A DNA stretch of 64,000 bases, taken from positions 32,001 through 96,000 of the IMG/VR virus record IMGVR_UViG_3300042384_000211, one strand, 5' to 3'. Positions 1-10,123 of the stretch are shown here, piece by piece. This DNA comes from a virus. Position numbers and translations under genes: made by a program. Below the pieces are notes generated by a model. The model was not told the origin of the DNA and did no database searches. It saw only the letters and a program-made list of their open reading frames with translations. Each line of letters starts with the position of its first letter. The first letter of the stretch is position 1.

Positions 1-173
1 CCTACAAGATCTTGCAGATATTCGCTGTCGATGTGAAACTCTTGATCATCTTCACAGTCAATTAGTCCTTGATCAATAAATGAACGTAGACTTTCTATCA
101 AGTTTACCATATCTTCCTTGTCAAGGTGTTCTTGAACTAATCGGTCAAATACAAATATAACGCGATTTCCCAT
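1..173 (-). CDS. hypothetical phage protein (partial, runs off window start)
   Basis: ATG at 171-173 overlaps the stop of the upstream ORF; frame MGNRVIFVFDRLVQEHL... is open to position 1. Confidence 0.6.
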   Translation of the reverse strand, partial: MGNRVIFVFDRLVQEHLDKEDMVNLIESLRSFIDQGLIDCEDDQEFHIDSEYLQDLV

Positions 174-403
174 TATACTGTCTTTCCTAAAACGCTGTAG
201 ATCAGCTGATTTACTAATTGATCGTAAGGTTGACCGCGCACATGTTTAGCCAAATAAATTTCATTAACTAAATCAACAGCGTTCGCTGAGTCAACGTGAG
301 CAGGCATCGATTCTTTGCGACTTTTAAGCTCTTCAACTAAATCTTCAGTGTTAAAATCATCTAAGTCAACCCAACCACTTTCTTCAATAGTTACATATGG
401 CAT
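173..403 (-). CDS. hypothetical phage protein
   Basis: 76-aa ORF with AAGGAG RBS. Confidence 0.75.
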   Translation of the reverse strand: MPYVTIEESGWVDLDDFNTEDLVEELKSRKESMPAHVDSANAVDLVNEIYLAKHVRGQPYDQLVNQLIYSVLGKTV

Positions 404-417
404 GATAACTCCTTAAA

Positions 418-786
418 TTATTTAACTCGATTATAAATATCTACAGGAAAACAATTATTACTACTAGTATCAACTACTATAGATAGACCGCTGTTAGTTA
501 CTTTAAGCTGGTAATCAGTTCCAAAAAATTCGTTTCCTGTAGCTGAAATAGTAGGAACATTTTCATTTTTTATACAAAGACTTGATACAAATACGTCTTC
601 GCCGCGATGCCCTACGGTCTTAAAAATGTAGTTATTAGTTTTAGATTTCCACACACCATCATAAATTCCTCTAACAACAAATTCTTTAGGAATAGGTTGA
701 TAGTCAGCTGAATAGGCTTGTCCTATTACAATAGTTAAAATCGTTAACGAAAATAATATACGCTTTAACATAAACATATTATACAC
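418..786 (-). CDS. hypothetical exported protein
   Basis: N-terminal hydrophobic signal peptide ending AYSA. Confidence 0.6.
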   Translation of the reverse strand: MYNMFMLKRILFSLTILTIVIGQAYSADYQPIPKEFVVRGIYDGVWKSKTNNYIFKTVGHRGEDVFVSSLCIKNENVPTISATGNEFFGTDYQLKVTNSGLSIVVDTSSNNCFPVDIYNRVK

Positions 787-1223
787 TAAAACATTTCTTC
801 TGTCAAGTACTCAGCGTATACACGATCAACAGCATCGTTCAATTGGTCCAAACTAATGCCGTGTTCTTCATAACCATCTGCTACCATATTGTAGTAGCTA
901 TTACTTGGTAAGCTAAGTTGCTCATCTGGATACATTAAGTAGGTCATAGCAGTATGAGTCACACCATCAATTAATACTGTGACCAACTGTTTAGTGTAGA
1001 ACTTTGGAAATCCTTCTAAACGGTCTAATGCCTGTTCGCAGTCTTTGGTAATTTCCCAACCCACACCTAAGGTAAAATTGCCCGTATCAGGAACCACAGT
1101 GGCAAACTGCTTAAACTCAAAGCGAAAGTCTGGTAACACCGCGGCACCTAAACTTTGAGCTTTAGGGCAACGAAATCTCATCTCTTCTAAATTGGTATTC
1201 ATACCATATGCTAGATATTTCAT
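786..1223 (-). CDS. gamma-glutamylcyclotransferase (AIG2-like)
   Basis: YLAYGMN N-terminal motif and LDRLEGFP..Y motif. Confidence 0.85.
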   Translation of the reverse strand: MKYLAYGMNTNLEEMRFRCPKAQSLGAAVLPDFRFEFKQFATVVPDTGNFTLGVGWEITKDCEQALDRLEGFPKFYTKQLVTVLIDGVTHTAMTYLMYPDEQLSLPSNSYYNMVADGYEEHGISLDQLNDAVDRVYAEYLTEEMF

Positions 1224-1810
1224 AATTTAAGTGTACCGCCTTTTGCCTGTGTGTAAAAAATATGACGTCCTACTTTGGTAGTGCGTTTTGTATGGTCTGC
1301 CCAATATGGGTCTTTGATATAGTCTGCATGGTAGAATAAACTGGTTTTAAGTGTTGGAATTCTAATGCCTTGATCTAATACCTCTGCTGCTACCTGCCGA
1401 CTTTCGACCCAATTAGCACCAGTATTCTGCAACCAAGCACGTCGTTTGACTCGAGTCCATGAAAACTGTGCAGGAGCATAAACTACTTTACAAATATCTC
1501 GCCCCCAATAGCCAGTGCGCGAACGATTTAGTGTAACCTGTGCTACTGCTATTTTACCTAACTTATCCTCTACTCCGGCTTCATAGTAGATGTTGCGTGC
1601 TAAACAGTCAAACTCCTGTTTAGAGTATTTAATTACTGCACGATCTTGTTCTACAATCACTGCTTGTTTAATATCTTGAACATCTTCTGCGATGGCCACT
1701 ACTGCATCTTCTATCACTGCTATGCGCTCATCAGTGATCCATTGATGATATAGAACCTGTGCTACAAATATTGCCACTCCTGCTGCTAAATACTTTTGAT
1801 TTAATGTCAT
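1220..1810 (-). CDS. cell wall hydrolase, SleB/Hydrolase_2 family, with N-terminal TM anchor
   Basis: CLARNIYYEA, AVAQVTLNR, QFSW, FYHADY, VGRHIFY motifs. Confidence 0.9.
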   Translation of the reverse strand: MTLNQKYLAAGVAIFVAQVLYHQWITDERIAVIEDAVVAIAEDVQDIKQAVIVEQDRAVIKYSKQEFDCLARNIYYEAGVEDKLGKIAVAQVTLNRSRTGYWGRDICKVVYAPAQFSWTRVKRRAWLQNTGANWVESRQVAAEVLDQGIRIPTLKTSLFYHADYIKDPYWADHTKRTTKVGRHIFYTQAKGGTLKL

Positions 1811-1843
1811 TATTAGCTTTCTTAACTGTTTAAGACAAGTACT

Positions 1844-1872
1844 ATTATACTATCGTGTTATCAAAAAGTCAA
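1844..1872 (-). promoter_or_regulatory. sigma70-type early promoter
   Basis: TTGACT-N17-TATAAT. Confidence 0.8.
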
Positions 1873-1909
1873 TCAAATTTGATAAATATTTGATATAGGA
1901 ACAAACAAG

Positions 1910-2365
1910 ATGTCAGCAAAAATTATACAAACTATGGTCAGACCTAATTTGGAAAGTATATTTTTTAGAGAATTACGTGACGATTTTCTATTAAACAAAA
2001 ATATAGATTTTCAGGACGATAGATTATTTGTTCAACCAGAATTACGTGAGTGGCTTGAGGAAATTTCATTAGATGAGATTTATCTTCGACAAGATGAACT
2101 AAGACCGGATTTACGATTAATAATTGCAGATATCAAAAATAATGAAAATTTCGATGAGTTAGTTCCTGACTTCAATCCCTTTTCGTTAACTGACACAAGA
2201 ATACAACTATTTAATTCAGAATCTGATATGCGACTATCGGGACGAATACTTAAATGCATTCCGATAATATCGGAATGCATCGATGACATAAGAAAATTAG
2301 AAAATACTATAACGTTACAATTTTTTATCGACGATCAATTAATAGAAACTATTGAGTTTAAATAA
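1910..2365 (+). CDS. hypothetical protein
   Basis: 151-aa ORF with AGGA RBS, preceded by ATAAATA late-type motif and followed by a terminator. Confidence 0.7.
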   Translation: MSAKIIQTMVRPNLESIFFRELRDDFLLNKNIDFQDDRLFVQPELREWLEEISLDEIYLRQDELRPDLRLIIADIKNNENFDELVPDFNPFSLTDTRIQLFNSESDMRLSGRILKCIPIISECIDDIRKLENTITLQFFIDDQLIETIEFK

Positions 2366-2388
2366 AAAAGCCCCGCAAGGGGCTTTTT
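2364..2388. terminator. bidirectional intrinsic terminator
   Basis: AAAAAAGCCCC-GCAA-GGGGCTTTTT between convergent genes. Confidence 0.9.
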
Positions 2389-2412
2389 ATGGGTCTGTAG
2401 ACTTACTGCTGA

Positions 2413-2661
2413 TTAAGCAATAAATGCGCGAGCACGTGAACCGTTAACATCACGAGCAGTCACAGTGTACGCAGTTTTACCTGTTGTGTTCACTGTAGTT
2501 TTAACATTCAAACCACATTTACGGAACTCTGACATACGAGCTGGTAAGTTTTTAATACCATAGTTAGCCGACGCTTGAGCTGCAGTTAAAGTCTTACCTG
2601 TACCACGTAAATACTTTTCTAAGAATGCTACTTGATTTGTTACTTTAGCTAAATTTGCCAT
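2413..2661 (-). CDS. small winged-helix-type DNA-binding protein
   Basis: LTAAQA..YGIKNLPARMSEFRKCG pattern; GGAG RBS; own promoter. Confidence 0.6.
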   Translation of the reverse strand: MANLAKVTNQVAFLEKYLRGTGKTLTAAQASANYGIKNLPARMSEFRKCGLNVKTTVNTTGKTAYTVTARDVNGSRARAFIA

Positions 2662-2718
2662 TAGTTATTTCTCCATAACGATTAATAAAAGTTTTGCTTA
2701 AACCTTAAGCATGTGTAC

Positions 2719-2747
2719 ATTATATACTCAGATAATGACTTTGTCAA
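2719..2747 (-). promoter_or_regulatory. sigma70-type early promoter
   Basis: TTGACA-N17-TATAAT. Confidence 0.85.
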
Positions 2748-2754
2748 CCACTTT

Positions 2755-3789
2755 TTAATCAAAATTTAACTTAAATTGATCTCGAAATTCTTGGCTTAAA
2801 AAGTATTCAGAATTTTGTTTTAATCTAGGTTTAATGCAATTGTATAATTCTACTAGATCCATCTCAACCAAACGATCCACTTGGATTAATGCTAATTGAA
2901 TGCGTTGTCGTGTATTCAATACTGAATCATAACCATGATCAATAATATCATCAAATGTATCTATACCAATATTTCTAAGAAATTGCACCGCACCTGGACT
3001 AGCAATTAACACAAATAGTTGTCCTGTTACAATAGGCTTAAATGTCTTTTCACTAAGCATACAGACATTATTGCTAATTGTAGTTTCTGTAACTAAATTT
3101 ACATATGATTCTAAGAATGCTGGGTGATTGACACTGATGTCAATTCCTTTAGTAGCATCTTCTGCTACGAAACTAACATTATCAGGTAAAGACTTATACG
3201 CTTCACGTTCTTCGTTGGTTAGTAATTCTCTAACGTGATGGTGAGGGTATGGGCGGTTACCAAAAGAAAATACTAGGTCTTTAAAATAAGGTTTATCTTT
3301 GAGATATAGATATGTTAATATTCTATGTTCATTTGTAGTACCATTTAAGCAACTAATTTTATGTTTTTTTATTTTGTTTGAAAATTGATGCCAAAACAAT
3401 TTAGGGTCATAAGAAAACGCCGTTGTATTTGGTGAACTTGTCCAGACCGCCCAAAAAGGAAAAAATCTAATCATAGGATCACATTGTGAATTTTTAAAAT
3501 AACTATAATCGCTAGTAATTACAAATGTTTTTTTAGATAGATTTAATTTCTTAATTTCTTCTAAAGCATTATCCGCTTTAAAAGTATTAACAGCACAATC
3601 AACTATTACATTAGTGATTTGAGGGTTGTTCTGAAGTATTTTTTCTAAATTTAAATCTTGATATGCAACATCTGAATTAAGTATAACTAAACTGTTATCA
3701 GGCAGAAATCTCATCCACAAATATTCTACATAATCAGTTTTTATGTCAATTATTGTGTGTATATTTTGTGTATCTAAACAATAGATCAT
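2755..3789 (-). CDS. putative glycosyltransferase-like protein (TET..SEKTFKP family), paralogue 1
   Basis: C-terminal NLVTET...LSEKTFKPI...GIDTFDDIIDHGYD is shared with 33906..34988 and 41062..42189. Confidence 0.55.
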   Translation of the reverse strand: MIYCLDTQNIHTIIDIKTDYVEYLWMRFLPDNSLVILNSDVAYQDLNLEKILQNNPQITNVIVDCAVNTFKADNALEEIKKLNLSKKTFVITSDYSYFKNSQCDPMIRFFPFWAVWTSSPNTTAFSYDPKLFWHQFSNKIKKHKISCLNGTTNEHRILTYLYLKDKPYFKDLVFSFGNRPYPHHHVRELLTNEEREAYKSLPDNVSFVAEDATKGIDISVNHPAFLESYVNLVTETTISNNVCMLSEKTFKPIVTGQLFVLIASPGAVQFLRNIGIDTFDDIIDHGYDSVLNTRQRIQLALIQVDRLVEMDLVELYNCIKPRLKQNSEYFLSQEFRDQFKLNFD

Positions 3790-4061
3790 ACTGTGGTGGG
3801 CATACCTATCTGAATATTAATCTCAGTTACACTATCTACACGGAAACTGCGCCAAGCCTGTTTGTCTATACACCATACGCTAAGTGTAGCAGATTCCTTT
3901 TCAGTAGCTTCTTTAACCGGTGTTTTACGCTCATACGCAGGCACAAGGTCTGCTCTAAGGGTACAGGGCATAGTACGCACCTCACCGTTTACTTTGGTGA
4001 ATGTTACTTCGCATACACGGTCTCTTAATTTTCCTAACAATTCTTCTTTAGTCAGTTTCAT
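3786..4061 (-). CDS. SH3/WYL-like small phage protein
   Basis: VTFTKVNGEVRTMPCTL...WRSFR motif; start moved to MKLTK, which has an AAGGA RBS. Confidence 0.7.
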   Translation of the reverse strand: MKLTKEELLGKLRDRVCEVTFTKVNGEVRTMPCTLRADLVPAYERKTPVKEATEKESATLSVWCIDKQAWRSFRVDSVTEINIQIGMPTTV

Positions 4062-4114
4062 ACGATTCCTTTCGATTGATTTGGTAAATGCACCCATGCC
4101 CCATCCTAATAACA

Positions 4115-4564
4115 TTATTCTGCCGTTCCTTTCAACGTCTCAAATGTAATTTCTTTGGCACGCTCGTCTAATGCTTTGCGTTCTAGTTCGGCTACAGTAC
4201 GCAATAGGTCCTGCATTAGATCAACAATAACCTCGCGGCCATCTGCTGTTAAATGACAATATTCACGCCCGACTGGACTACTGTGCCATAGTTTGGAGTT
4301 GGTAATTAATCCCTGTAATGCACCGTACACAACATCTTTATTAGCCTGCTGGGCTAGTTTGTAATTCTTTGTCATAATTGCGTCCTTAAACTTTAAATTA
4401 TACAAATCAAGTGACTTAGTTGGTTTTCTCAGTCGCTGGAGTCGTTGCCATAGTCGCACATATCGCCATAGTTTATCTAATAGTATCATGCTTACCCACA
4501 TAACACTTAATCCAACTGCTGTTACTAGAATTAGCCCCAATGTCGACCATAATCCACTGTACAT
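4115..4564 (-). CDS. hypothetical membrane-anchored protein
   Basis: N-terminal TM segment, AGGAG RBS; a possible second start at MTKNY. Confidence 0.55.
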   Translation of the reverse strand: MYSGLWSTLGLILVTAVGLSVMWVSMILLDKLWRYVRLWQRLQRLRKPTKSLDLYNLKFKDAIMTKNYKLAQQANKDVVYGALQGLITNSKLWHSSPVGREYCHLTADGREVIVDLMQDLLRTVAELERKALDERAKEITFETLKGTAE

Positions 4565-4594
4565 AATGTTCTCCTACATTACATTAATATACTA

Positions 4595-5941
4595 TCATTT
4601 AATGGCATTGTCAAATTGTTCGATAACTTTTGCTAAATCATCTGCTACTTTCTTGTCTGTTCTAAATTCAGCAAAGCGTGGTAGGAATAATGAATATTTT
4701 GTGTTGTTACCCGTTGGGGGCATAATGCTGTTGCCTTTAACTGTGACAATCGTACCTATTAATTTATCACGATTGTTATGTACTTCTAAACGTACTTCAT
4801 CTGTAAAGCCACTGATGTTTACTTCAAGTAAACCATCGCTTGATTGGCAAACAATAGAACCAAACGTTGCTTCGTTTTTACCATTGCCAGCATTAAATCC
4901 CATTATAACCAAATCAACGTCGATATCAAGTTTCATTTTAACTTGGTCTTTGCTGGTGGTATCTTTCCAAATACCTGTAGCATTTTTAATAATTGTACCT
5001 TCCATGCCAAGGTCTAACATTTCACGATAGTGAGCAAGTGCTTCTTCCATGTTGTGTACAATACGTGTGTCGATAAGCTCAATACATTCTGCTCGTAATG
5101 TTTGTATCGCTAATTCAGCAAAGCGAAGTTGATAAGGTACATTATAAGTACCTTTAGAAACTACTGAAGTTAGAGCTATTTGGTCCCATACTAGGTATAC
5201 AATCTCATCGTTTGACCCAATATCGCCACCTTTTTGTACCTTATTTAAGATACCATTGCCAATTTGACGTGGTAGAACTACACCATCACGTTTAACTAAC
5301 AATTCACCGTGTGACTGTGTACCTACTGGGAATGTTTTTTGTACGTCAGCAATTAAATGTGCAAAGTGTTGCTGTGGAAATAATGAACCTGCACGACTTA
5401 GAATTTGTACTTCGCCATCTGCTGTGTGATTTACATTGGCAAACATACCATCTGCTTTAAGCTGACTATAAACGCCATTTGCCCAACTAAACTCATCTAA
5501 CTTGGCAGCTTTTGGTAGTGCGCAACGCATATACGGAAACTCTGGAATTAAATTCTTCCATACTTTATTGGCTGTTGACTCACCGAAGCCAGCACGCAGG
5601 TCACGATCCACAACCTTAGCAATTACTTTTGCATTGTCTGCTGATACACATTCGAGTATAAGTTTAAGCTGATTAATACCAGCGGTGCCAGTAATTTGGC
5701 GTGTGCTTAACGTTTCTAATAACGAAAATGCTTCTGACATGGTCATGAAGTCAATGCGCATTTTAGTTTCGTACGGGGGGATTTTCTTAATGTAGAAGTT
5801 TACAGTTGGGTCGTAGGCAAGGCGAACAACTTCTTGTAATTCTCGATTGTCTTTATGCTGTGTAAGGATAGCAATTTTTGCATTCTTACTAGGTTCGTTA
5901 GCAACTTCTTCTAAAATAGCGTTTATCATGTATACACTCAT
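4595..5941 (-). CDS. ATP-dependent DNA ligase (T4 gp30-like)
   Basis: KADG adenylation motif, HGEL, EGTIIK, LFLPRF..FRTDK. Confidence 0.95.
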   Translation of the reverse strand: MSVYMINAILEEVANEPSKNAKIAILTQHKDNRELQEVVRLAYDPTVNFYIKKIPPYETKMRIDFMTMSEAFSLLETLSTRQITGTAGINQLKLILECVSADNAKVIAKVVDRDLRAGFGESTANKVWKNLIPEFPYMRCALPKAAKLDEFSWANGVYSQLKADGMFANVNHTADGEVQILSRAGSLFPQQHFAHLIADVQKTFPVGTQSHGELLVKRDGVVLPRQIGNGILNKVQKGGDIGSNDEIVYLVWDQIALTSVVSKGTYNVPYQLRFAELAIQTLRAECIELIDTRIVHNMEEALAHYREMLDLGMEGTIIKNATGIWKDTTSKDQVKMKLDIDVDLVIMGFNAGNGKNEATFGSIVCQSSDGLLEVNISGFTDEVRLEVHNNRDKLIGTIVTVKGNSIMPPTGNNTKYSLFLPRFAEFRTDKKVADDLAKVIEQFDNAIK

Positions 5942-5959
5942 TTATTAATTTATAAGTGT

Positions 5960-5988
5960 ATTATACAGCCATTTTGCCATCTTGTCAA
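5960..5988 (-). promoter_or_regulatory. sigma70-type early promoter
   Basis: TTGACA-N17-TATAAT. Confidence 0.85.
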
Positions 5989-5989
5989 C

Positions 5990-6166
5990 CTAAGATTTGC
6001 CCCAGTTGACCTGTAACCATATACGTTCCATTACGTAATGAAGTGCCGCTAACACTATATGAATTGCAATTGCTTGCCCGAGTCCTGTCCACAATGCTGT
6101 AATTGCCAAAGCCGCAAATCGATAACTTAGTGTGCGAGCAAGGGTTCGTATATGTGTTTCTGTCAT
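5990..6166 (-). CDS. DUF2061-like small membrane protein (58 aa, not in ORF track)
   Basis: MTETHIRTLARTLSYR...HYVMERIWLQVNWGKS; ATGA overlap with the halogenase stop. Confidence 0.75.
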   Translation of the reverse strand: MTETHIRTLARTLSYRFAALAITALWTGLGQAIAIHIVLAALHYVMERIWLQVNWGKS

Positions 6167-7767
6167 TTATATATTGTGCTTTTTAGAAATGCGTAATGTG
6201 TAGGTAATGCATCGACAACTTTAACAGTTTGTGCTCGGTGTTCGCGCCATGTGTTCCATGTATTAGTAGCCATATCAACGGGTTCGCTGTACTGATTATT
6301 ATTAAAATCTACTCTGCTACTATCAATAACGTTGTGCCCCATGCCTGCAATGATATATGCTATTCCGCCCATGTCGTTGCCTACTACACGCGACCTATGA
6401 AGTCGATATGCAATGTCATTGTATGAACCTAATACGCCAGCTTTAAAATCATACATCTGTTGTGAATATGTAGTTTCTTCACTAACATGATTCCAGTATG
6501 CACTATCATTACGCATAGACAAGGCATAGTGCTGACTGATAAAGTCTTTAAATCCTGTAATTTGTTCACGAAATGCAAAATTAAATGCATCAACATCAAA
6601 CCGCGTAACTCTGCCATTGCGCATTTTGAGTAGATTTACCATCTTAATAATACATTCATGTGTAAGCATTAAACCAGTTGATTCAAGTGGCTCAATGAAT
6701 CCATTTGATAGACCTATACCAATAACATTCTTTTCCCAGGTACGTTCATGTACACCATGTTTAATAGCAATATGTCGAACTTCCATTGCGTCAACACGTG
6801 CAACATCTTGTACTGTCATTCTATTAGATTTTAAATGATTTTTAAATTGTTCTTCTGCTTGTTCTTTTGTTGCAAATTTACTTGAGTAAACATACCCCGT
6901 GCCAAGTCTATCCCACAAAGGGATATTCCAAACCCATCCTGCTTCAATTGCAGTACAACTTGTAACGCACTCCATTTCTTTATCTTTATCGATATATGGA
7001 ATAACACCTGCTACTGCGCTATCATTTAATAGTGTGTCATGGAATGATATGAATGGAACTTTTAATGTTTGTTCGAGTAACAGTGATCTAAAACCCGTAC
7101 AGTCAATAAACAAATCTGCTGTTAGCTCACCATTCTTTTCAGTTACAATAGTATCAATGTGTCCTTTTGCATCCATTGTTGCGGTTAACACGTTATCTAG
7201 AATATGTGTCATACCCACCGGCAAACATAAATGGTCACGTAGATAATTACCAAATAGAGTTGCATCCATATGATATGCTGTGTCGGATTTAAAATTAAAT
7301 CCACGTATTAGATGATCCTCATTCTTTGTCATTTTATTTGCATCAGTCATTATAACCTGATCGTGATAAAATTCTGCAAATGAATATGGATCAATATTAG
7401 GTAGTGTTGCGGCACCAATAAACCATTCCATTAGACCTCTGGGCTTATCAGTAAAGTCATATCTACCAAACGGGTAATGAAATACTTGTGGCTTTTCTGT
7501 TGGGTTTTCTCTAAAATCGATAAACTTAATTGATGTCTTATATGTTGCGTTACAGTGCTTCATCCAATCTTCATCTTTAAGACCAAGATAGTGAAGGAAT
7601 TCGTTTATCTGTCCGATTGTACTTTCGCCTACTCCAATTGTTGGGATATTGGGCGACTCGATTAGAGTAAGTTTAACGTGTGGTAATTGTTTTGATATAG
7701 CAGCCGCTGTCATCCATCCCGAACTGCCACCACCTACAATAGTTATTCTTTCAATTTTGTTTCTCAT
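6163..7767 (-). CDS. flavin-dependent tryptophan-halogenase family protein
   Basis: GGGSSG FAD motif, IGVGEST, FIDCTGF, WVWNIP (WxWxIP), FIEPLESTG. Confidence 0.9.
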   Translation of the reverse strand: MRNKIERITIVGGGSSGWMTAAAISKQLPHVKLTLIESPNIPTIGVGESTIGQINEFLHYLGLKDEDWMKHCNATYKTSIKFIDFRENPTEKPQVFHYPFGRYDFTDKPRGLMEWFIGAATLPNIDPYSFAEFYHDQVIMTDANKMTKNEDHLIRGFNFKSDTAYHMDATLFGNYLRDHLCLPVGMTHILDNVLTATMDAKGHIDTIVTEKNGELTADLFIDCTGFRSLLLEQTLKVPFISFHDTLLNDSAVAGVIPYIDKDKEMECVTSCTAIEAGWVWNIPLWDRLGTGYVYSSKFATKEQAEEQFKNHLKSNRMTVQDVARVDAMEVRHIAIKHGVHERTWEKNVIGIGLSNGFIEPLESTGLMLTHECIIKMVNLLKMRNGRVTRFDVDAFNFAFREQITGFKDFISQHYALSMRNDSAYWNHVSEETTYSQQMYDFKAGVLGSYNDIAYRLHRSRVVGNDMGGIAYIIAGMGHNVIDSSRVDFNNNQYSEPVDMATNTWNTWREHRAQTVKVVDALPTHYAFLKSTIYK

Positions 7768-8993
7768 ACTACTTTCCTTAGTTGCAATGCAGAATCGATA
7801 TCATCTGTACCAAATGTACGTTCGCATTGATGACAATCCCAACACTGATTTCTACACGTTGTTAATAGTTTCTCTAACTTCTTACCCGGAGCAGTCGACC
7901 ATATGCCAGTATAAATTGTGTAAGTTGTTTTATAATCTTCTTTAGTAAATCGTGTATCAATCCAACCAGGAATCCAATCGTGTAACGGTGCAAGATTATT
8001 ATCGACTATATCTTTATAGTTATCTGCGTATACTGTGTTGCCAATATTTGTGTTCTGTTGATCTAGTTTTTGTGTCTTATAAAACCATACTGCTTTAGCA
8101 TACTTGGCATCTTTAGCAAGGAATGGTGCTTGAGTTAATCGTCCGGAGAATTTAAATATATCAACTAGATCTAAAAATTGATTTAATGTTTTTGCATCAA
8201 CAGCAACTAAGTCAATGCCCACTCGCGGTAATTGTTTAAATGCTTCCGAACCACGCCAGCCATTACACGAAAGATTGGCGGCATCTCTAAAATACTCAGT
8301 GCTTATAACTTCGCCTACGCTATCGTGTTCTTTCTTAAACGGGCAATGGTAAACACATGCTTCGGCAATCAGCAATGATGTTAGTAATTTCTTTTGGGGG
8401 TTTTTGCCATTAAGATAGTCCTGTGCCTTCTTAATCTTTTTAAGTTCTTTAATGTTTCTATTTAAACTTCTGTCTAATAAAATAGTATTGTATCCAAGAT
8501 ACGCATAGTCAATAAATTGCTGTGCGTCGGATACAATTTGATTTACTGTGCTTTTCCATCGCATATCAGGGCAGCGTGTTTGTAACTCACCTGTACGCAA
8601 TATGTGTTCGCTTGACATAGTACAACTACGTAATCCACGATCATAATATGAACCAATCCATTGCACAAACTGTTGTCTAATTTCGTAATTGAATATTACT
8701 TCGTGCGGTACTTCAACAGTGTTAAATGTAAGTGATATTTCAACACCAAGTTCTTCTTGTATTTTAAATAGGTAATCAATGTGAGTGTCCGATGCTTCGA
8801 CTCCCATTGGATTTCCACATCGTTTATCTACACCATTGTAATTATAGTAAAAGTATTTGCCAAAGTAGATATCGTGAATATTGTCTAAAAATTCAGGACT
8901 TGCATTCTTAAACATTGTATAATAAGCATCAGCATGTTCTTCTGAGAGTCTATCCCAGTGTGCCATTGAAAATCGTTTCGAGTATGTGGTCAT
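7764..8993 (-). CDS. peptidase U32-like Fe-S/TIM-barrel protein
   Basis: LLDRSLNRN, EACVYHCP, FKFSGR, C-terminal CRNQCWDCHQC; start placed at MTTYS just below a sigma70 promoter. Confidence 0.65.
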   Translation of the reverse strand: MTTYSKRFSMAHWDRLSEEHADAYYTMFKNASPEFLDNIHDIYFGKYFYYNYNGVDKRCGNPMGVEASDTHIDYLFKIQEELGVEISLTFNTVEVPHEVIFNYEIRQQFVQWIGSYYDRGLRSCTMSSEHILRTGELQTRCPDMRWKSTVNQIVSDAQQFIDYAYLGYNTILLDRSLNRNIKELKKIKKAQDYLNGKNPQKKLLTSLLIAEACVYHCPFKKEHDSVGEVISTEYFRDAANLSCNGWRGSEAFKQLPRVGIDLVAVDAKTLNQFLDLVDIFKFSGRLTQAPFLAKDAKYAKAVWFYKTQKLDQQNTNIGNTVYADNYKDIVDNNLAPLHDWIPGWIDTRFTKEDYKTTYTIYTGIWSTAPGKKLEKLLTTCRNQCWDCHQCERTFGTDDIDSALQLRKVV

Positions 8994-9029
8994 ACTAATA
9001 TTATACACGAAACGATTGTGTATTACAAC

Positions 9030-9437
9030 CTATTGCGGGTTATTTGCTTGCACCTGTGCAATATTCCACGCTAGTACTGCGGCAGGATCATCTTTTGGTA
9101 TTGCACCTTTAACTGCTGTTATGTGTGTTGACCACGGACCAACATTGCTAATTGTACCCGTTGCTTGCAATTCTTTATATAACATATCCAATTGATTACC
9201 AATGTCTGTATATGCAATCGAACGTGCAATTTTATATGCATTTTCAGTAAACCCCGGCATTGATAACATATCAAATGCTTTAAATGTCTGTGTGTCTGCA
9301 TCATAGGTGTGCGATGATGTTGTATCGTCTGGGCAATCAATCCAACTAAAATCTGGGGATACTTCAAATTCACTACCAATCTCTACTACGTCACAAACTC
9401 TACCTAATTCTGCACTATGTATTAATGCTCTTTTCAT
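9030..9437 (-). CDS. tail fibre assembly/accessory protein
   Basis: AYTDIGNQLDMLY...ITAVKGAIPK motif typical of myophage fibre-associated genes; position after fibre genes. Confidence 0.55.
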   Translation of the reverse strand: MKRALIHSAELGRVCDVVEIGSEFEVSPDFSWIDCPDDTTSSHTYDADTQTFKAFDMLSMPGFTENAYKIARSIAYTDIGNQLDMLYKELQATGTISNVGPWSTHITAVKGAIPKDDPAAVLAWNIAQVQANNPQ

Positions 9438-9451
9438 TTTACTGCACTCCT

Positions 9452-10114
9452 TTATTTATATTCCCATACAACTACTAGCCCATTCATCCCACCTTGGCCA
9501 CCTAAATTTTCGTTTGTAACACCGCCTGTACCACCTGCTCCAGGTGCCGCTGTTCTTGTTCCACCAGGATTTTGATGTCGTCCAGTTAAATTAGAATTTC
9601 CGCCCCAATAACTAGGGCCGCCTTTACCTATTGCTCCGTTGCCCATAGAATTACCATGACCGGTTCCGGATCCACCGTATAGATTAATATCGCCGCCAGA
9701 TCCAACACCACCAAACCCACCTGTATGACCAAGATTCTGATTAGATCCATATCCACCAGTGGCAGAACAGTATGCACCAAATGAACTTGTACCACCAGCG
9801 TTGCCGCCAGAATAAGCTGCTAATAGGCCGCCGCCACCTACTGTAACTGCAACAGTAGAAACTGCGGTTACATCCAGCCTCTTTTCACTAAATCCACCAC
9901 CACCACCACTTTCACAGTATGATGACCCACCACCACCACCACCAACAACTTTAACTACAATATTCGTACAGCCAGATGGTTTAGTCCATGTGCCTGATGC
10001 TGTAAAGGTCGATATAGATAATAACTTACCTGTACTAATCGAGCTGTCAAAATTAGATAATTGTATCGAATTATCTGAAAAAGTAATACCATTCATACCT
10101 AATGTGATTGCCAT
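9452..10114 (-). CDS. glycine-rich tail fibre tip/adhesin protein, paralogue 3
   Basis: FTASGTWTKP..VVGGGGGG, GGTSSFG, GLVVVWEY glycine-rich domain. Confidence 0.75.
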   Translation of the reverse strand: MAITLGMNGITFSDNSIQLSNFDSSISTGKLLSISTFTASGTWTKPSGCTNIVVKVVGGGGGGSSYCESGGGGGFSEKRLDVTAVSTVAVTVGGGGLLAAYSGGNAGGTSSFGAYCSATGGYGSNQNLGHTGGFGGVGSGGDINLYGGSGTGHGNSMGNGAIGKGGPSYWGGNSNLTGRHQNPGGTRTAAPGAGGTGGVTNENLGGQGGMNGLVVVWEYK

Positions 10115-10123
10115 GTTATTCCC